Assembly: GCA_009103225.1 (NCBI GenBank)
Contig: RHPI01001428.1
Span: 184,158-248,157 of the forward strand
Reading direction: 5' to 3'
Source of the DNA: Chlorokybus atmophyticus
Lineage: Eukaryota; Plantae; Mesostigma and Chlorokybus algae
DNA length: 64,000 bases
The number at the start of each line of letters is the position of its first letter. Within the stretch, counting starts at the first letter, position 1. The notes beneath the pieces are model-generated. The model searched no databases and was not told the origin of the DNA. It saw only the letters and a program-made list of their open reading frames with translations. The position numbers were made by a program, and so were the translations under genes. Below, in pieces: positions 60,269-64,000 of the stretch.

Positions 60269-60645
60269 GAGCCCTGCCGGTCAGGCGCTGTGTGGGACGC
60301 TTTTGTCCGCTGCTCCTCAACAGCTGCTATGCCCGGCGACGCCGACGCCCAACAAGCCTCCGCTCGACGCCAAGTCTACACAAGCGACCTCACCGCCGCC
60401 GCCAACAGCGACAACCACCCGCGCCGCAGCAACCACCTTAACACTATCGCTGCCGCCGCCTCGCTTTTTGACGTGGCAGCTGCTGGAACTTTACACGCAC
60501 AGCAAGTGCGAAAGCGCACAAGCTTTGTGCGTTTTGAAATGAAATAAGGTCCCAACCCTAAGTCTAAAGGCGCCAATGGCTTGCCACGTGGCGGGCGGCG
60601 GTAGCGGCGGCGGTTGTTGGGTGTGGGTTTAGGCCCAAAGCCGTC

Positions 60646-62383
60646 ATGGCGGCGGCCGGGGCGCCGCCGCCTCCTTCATCAGGGCCGTGGTGGTTGACAG
60701 CGTCAGAGTTCCGTCCGCTGCCGCCTATTCTCCGTACGCAGGGGCTGCGAGCAAGGAGAAGGCTGCAGCAGCGGTGGTCATCGTCGTCAAGGGGCGGGAA
60801 GGTGGGGGCGTCAGCGGCAGCCGGGGCAGGGGCGAGCAGCAGCAGCAGTGTCGTCGCAGAAAGTAGCACCAGCAGTGCCGCGGCATTGCTGTGGAAGCGC
60901 ATCGTGCAGCCGCTGCGGAATTTCGGGTTTGGGCGGAGGACCGTTTGGGAGGGTGGTGTGGGCTTGTTCCTGGCAGCAGGCGTAGCTGTTAGTATCATTG
61001 TAGCTTCATGGGTCAAAGGCAGCAAAGTCCTTTCCCGCAACAGGGCGCATCCTTCTTACCAGGTTTGCACATGCACTGCGTTGGACATGCAATGCCTGAT
61101 GAATGACAATGCTGTAGCTAATGCTGCGGGCTTTTTTGCATTATTCACTTCGTTTCCAGCAGTAATCTTGTCTGCTGTTCGTCATTGCCACCGTTGTGTT
61201 GTTCAGAATATGCTGCTGCATGTTTGTCAACTTACAAACATGCAGCAGCACATTCTGAACAACACATATGGCTTGCATGGTTGCCTGCATGCAAGCCAGA
61301 TTATTACATCTGTCAACGTACATTGGTTGTCGGCTTACAATGTGGCTTGCCAACTGACGTTAATTGCTAACTTACATGAGCTATTGACTCACATTGTGGC
61401 TTGCATGCAGGCCATCATTGAGTTTGCTAATGCGTGTGGCATCACTGTGGGGACACCCGTCCGAGTGCGCGGTGTTGATGTTGGTGCAGTGGTCGGGGTT
61501 CGGCCCAGCCTGGATCGCATTGATGTGCATGTGGAGATAGGCGACTCCGCTGTTGTCATTCCTCGAGGCTCTGAAGTTGTTGTCAACCAGTCGGGGCTGA
61601 TTGCGGAGACGCTTATTGATATTACACCTTGCACGCTCCCTAAGGCAGTTGACAAAATTGCGGACCCGCTCGATCCTGCTTGCAAGGAAGAGGGCGTGAT
61701 TGTTTGTGATCGCGAGCGCATACGGGGAGAGCAGGGCGTCAGTCTAGACGAGTTGGTTAGCATCTGCACCAAGTTGGCCCATCAGATTGATCGCAACGGC
61801 CTAGACAACGTGTTCAAAGCAGCTCAAACAGCCAGCGAAGCCATTGAAAGCGCACGGCCTCTGCTAGTCCAAGCGGAGGCTGTTGCTGCAGAGGTATGCT
61901 GGTTTGTGGGATCTGGTGTTGTTACACTTGTTTACACCATAGGGAATGATATGTGTACCCGCTGATTGATAATATGTTAGGTTAAGGAATGCACCAACAT
62001 GTTAGCTAACTATATTCCATGTTCAGGTGGCTCCCTTGTTACGAGAGCTGCGCAATGGCGAGTTGTTTACTCGACTGGAGGCCCTCACAGAGGTTGCAAC
62101 AAATGCAGCAAGGGATATTCAGCGGCTGAACAAGGCAGTGCTTACCGACGACAACGCCGAACGTCTCCGCGAGTCTGTCACAACACTGACCAAGACACTG
62201 AAGCATATCGAGGTACGCAGCTACTCTTGCTTGTGTGGCTTCAGGTTCTAATGATGGTGTTAACATTTGTGTGTCTTGTATCAGAGCATTAGCAAGGACA
62301 TGAGCGGTGTGACAGGTGATCCAAAAACCAATCGTCATCTGCGCCAGCTCATACAATCGCTCAGCCGTATGGTGGCGGATTGA
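60646..62383 (+). CDS. TGD2: TGD2 (MlaD/MCE-domain substrate-binding subunit of the plastid lipid ABC transporter)
   Basis: Transit-peptide-like N-terminus. PLRNFGFGRRTVWEGGVGLFLAAG (transmembrane). MCE region ACGITVGTPVRVRGVDVG, VVNQSGLIAETLIDITP, CKEEGVIVCDRERIRGEQGVSLDELV. C-terminus LRQLIQSLSRMV. Confidence 0.95.
61195..61266. repeat. Near-perfect inverted repeat (33-bp arms, one mismatch, 6-nt loop) in TGD2 intron 1
   Basis: TGTGTTGTTCAGAATATGCTGCTGCATGTTTGT-CAACTT-ACAAACATGCAGCAGCACATTCTGAACAACACA. Confidence 0.93.
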
Positions 62384-62590
62384 GTGGGGTTTTGCCTTGA
62401 TGCTTCAAAGCGCTCGCGCAACATGTCTGCATACTGGTTCGTATCCAGTTGCAGGTTGTGTATTTCTCTTTGCTATGTTGTATACCGTGTAATCATGGGT
62501 ATTTTATGTCCTTTTGAACCCTTCATATGTGAACTACAAACTTTGCACGTCTGCTTAGCATGTTGCGTATAAGACCAGCATGCATGAGTC

Positions 62591-62750
62591 TGACATACAC
62601 GCTGAAAGATGTTGGCGCAGACCTAGACTGAGTATTGCACAATAGTGCAATCAAGGTTGCGTTGCGTTGAGTTTGACATACATGCTGAAGGATATTGGCG
62701 CAGACCTAGACTGAGTATGGCACAATACTGTAATGGAGGTTGCATTGGCA
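62591..62750. repeat. Two-copy diverged tandem duplication, period 83 bp, downstream of TGD2
   Basis: TGACATACA(C/T)GCTGAA(A/G)GAT(G/A)TTGGCGCAGACCTAGACTGAGTAT(T/G)GCACAATA starts at 62591 and again at 62674. Confidence 0.88.
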
Positions 62751-63380
62751 GCATACACAGAAATGGTTTGGTAGTGTCCACGCTCAGCACAGACGACAAC
62801 ACAGCATGCATGCATGCTTGCATGTGCATAATCTCCTACCGCTTGAAAATAATGACCACACGCGCCCCGCACACACGCACGCACGCGCATGCACGCATGC
62901 AGGCACGTGCGCGTGCGCACATACACAGAGCGACCTGTCGGCTAATAAAGTGCAACATGCCGTGTGTTGGGATGCATACTGCGCTCCGGTGGGTGTAATG
63001 GTAACTCCAATCTTAAGCGACGCAGTTGCGGCAAGGTTGACGGCACAGTGACGGCGGCGGCGGCAAGGGTGTGGGAAAGGGAGGTTGAGGGTCCATGTCC
63101 TTCCGTCTGCTATCCTGGCTGCTAGTGCCGATCGCTGATCGTTTGTGCTGCTGCAACTTGGTTGCTGGCCACGGCGCATGTGCAGGTACAAAGTGCACCG
63201 CATGCATGATCAACAGGGGGACAATAGAAGGTAGGTAGGCATGCGAGCGCATGGCTTGGCCCGGTGGTCATGTATGTAGCGTTAAGGTGAGTGAGTGATG
63301 AGGTGTTGCATGCGTGTTGTGACCTGCATGTGCAATTCCCTTCCGCAATGACAACACACACAGTCCTTGCATACTATATT

Positions 63381-63398
63381 ACACACACACACACACAC
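63381..63398. repeat. (AC)n microsatellite
   Basis: Seen directly. Confidence 0.85.
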
Positions 63399-64000
63399 GT
63401 TATCTCCCAAGCTCTAAACATTGGCGGTTAATATGTACCGGCTTGCATGCTCTAAGCAGAGACCTGCATTGGAGCCTCACCAAGTGCGACATGCTTTATG
63501 TAACTTTTATAGCAACCGTCATTTGTGATGCAATTGTAATACCGCGGCAAGCATTAATATTATCATACAACATATTGCATACAAAACGACACAAGTGTAC
63601 ATTTGCATTAATGGCGTAATCACTCATAACATGCAGTGCGCTTAGCAGCATGGTAGTTAGTTATGGTATTGGGTTTGCTTGCCTAGGGCCAACTTTGTAA
63701 TTACCAGGTGTAACATCAATCGGCACGGCAAGCCATTGTTACATGCATGTGGGTTGATCAAATGTGAGTTGAGGCAATGTCAGCGCTCAGAGCAGGGTTA
63801 AGTAAAGCAAGTAAACATCGAATACTGTAAAACTTAATCGGTTTACTCATAAATTAATGGATGTTGGGGCACGAAAGCGAGTTTGCAAGCTTCATGAAGG
63901 GTCACCAACCATTGTTGCATTTCACAAGTGATGACGCATGAACAAGCAACAAAGCCACATAAATACGACTTTGAGTTCGATGATGGAGCGCGTGGTACGC

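Noticed and set aside
62784-63361. Minus-strand ORFs near the window end (for example DMDPQPPFPTPLPPPP)
   Set aside because: They could be the tail of a gene outside the window, but I found no family motif or convincing exon chain.
1-64000. tRNA, rRNA, snRNA genes and U12-type introns
   Set aside because: I saw no T-loop or cloverleaf, rRNA or snRNA signature. The GTATCCTT/ATATCCTT-like words I noticed were not at exon boundaries.

Overview
Eukaryotic, intron-rich nuclear DNA from a green alga (Viridiplantae). Supporting signs are GT-AG introns, TGTAA poly(A)-signal-like motifs after several genes, AAACCCTA telo-boxes, and plastid-directed genes. A HUA2-like gene, a speA-type arginine decarboxylase and a plant-like secreted beta-propeller suggest an early-diverging streptophyte, but that placement is inference only. 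I can support about 20 protein-coding genes: GBSS (partial), eIF2A, CWC24/RNF113, an intronless PRP22, an unknown secreted glycoprotein, arginine decarboxylase, a HUA2-like protein, an acylated SAM-domain protein, a kinase-aprataxin fusion, a coiled-coil protein, DDI1, an SGL/NHL propeller, RPL13, RPS16, a cyanobacterial-type LptF/LptG permease, PPD3, FCF1, a YABBY-like HMG-box protein, eIF1A and TGD2. Sixteen of these fall into eight head-to-head pairs. There are two assembly gaps, three near-perfect 67-72 nt hairpins and several short duplications. I found no rRNA, tRNA, CRISPR array or intact transposon. The strongest lead is the spliced, probably plastid-targeted LptF/G homologue, which may be part of a relic Lpt-type lipid transporter in the chloroplast envelope. 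Gene models were built by eye from reading frames and splice consensus; some 5' and 3' ends are uncertain and are flagged.
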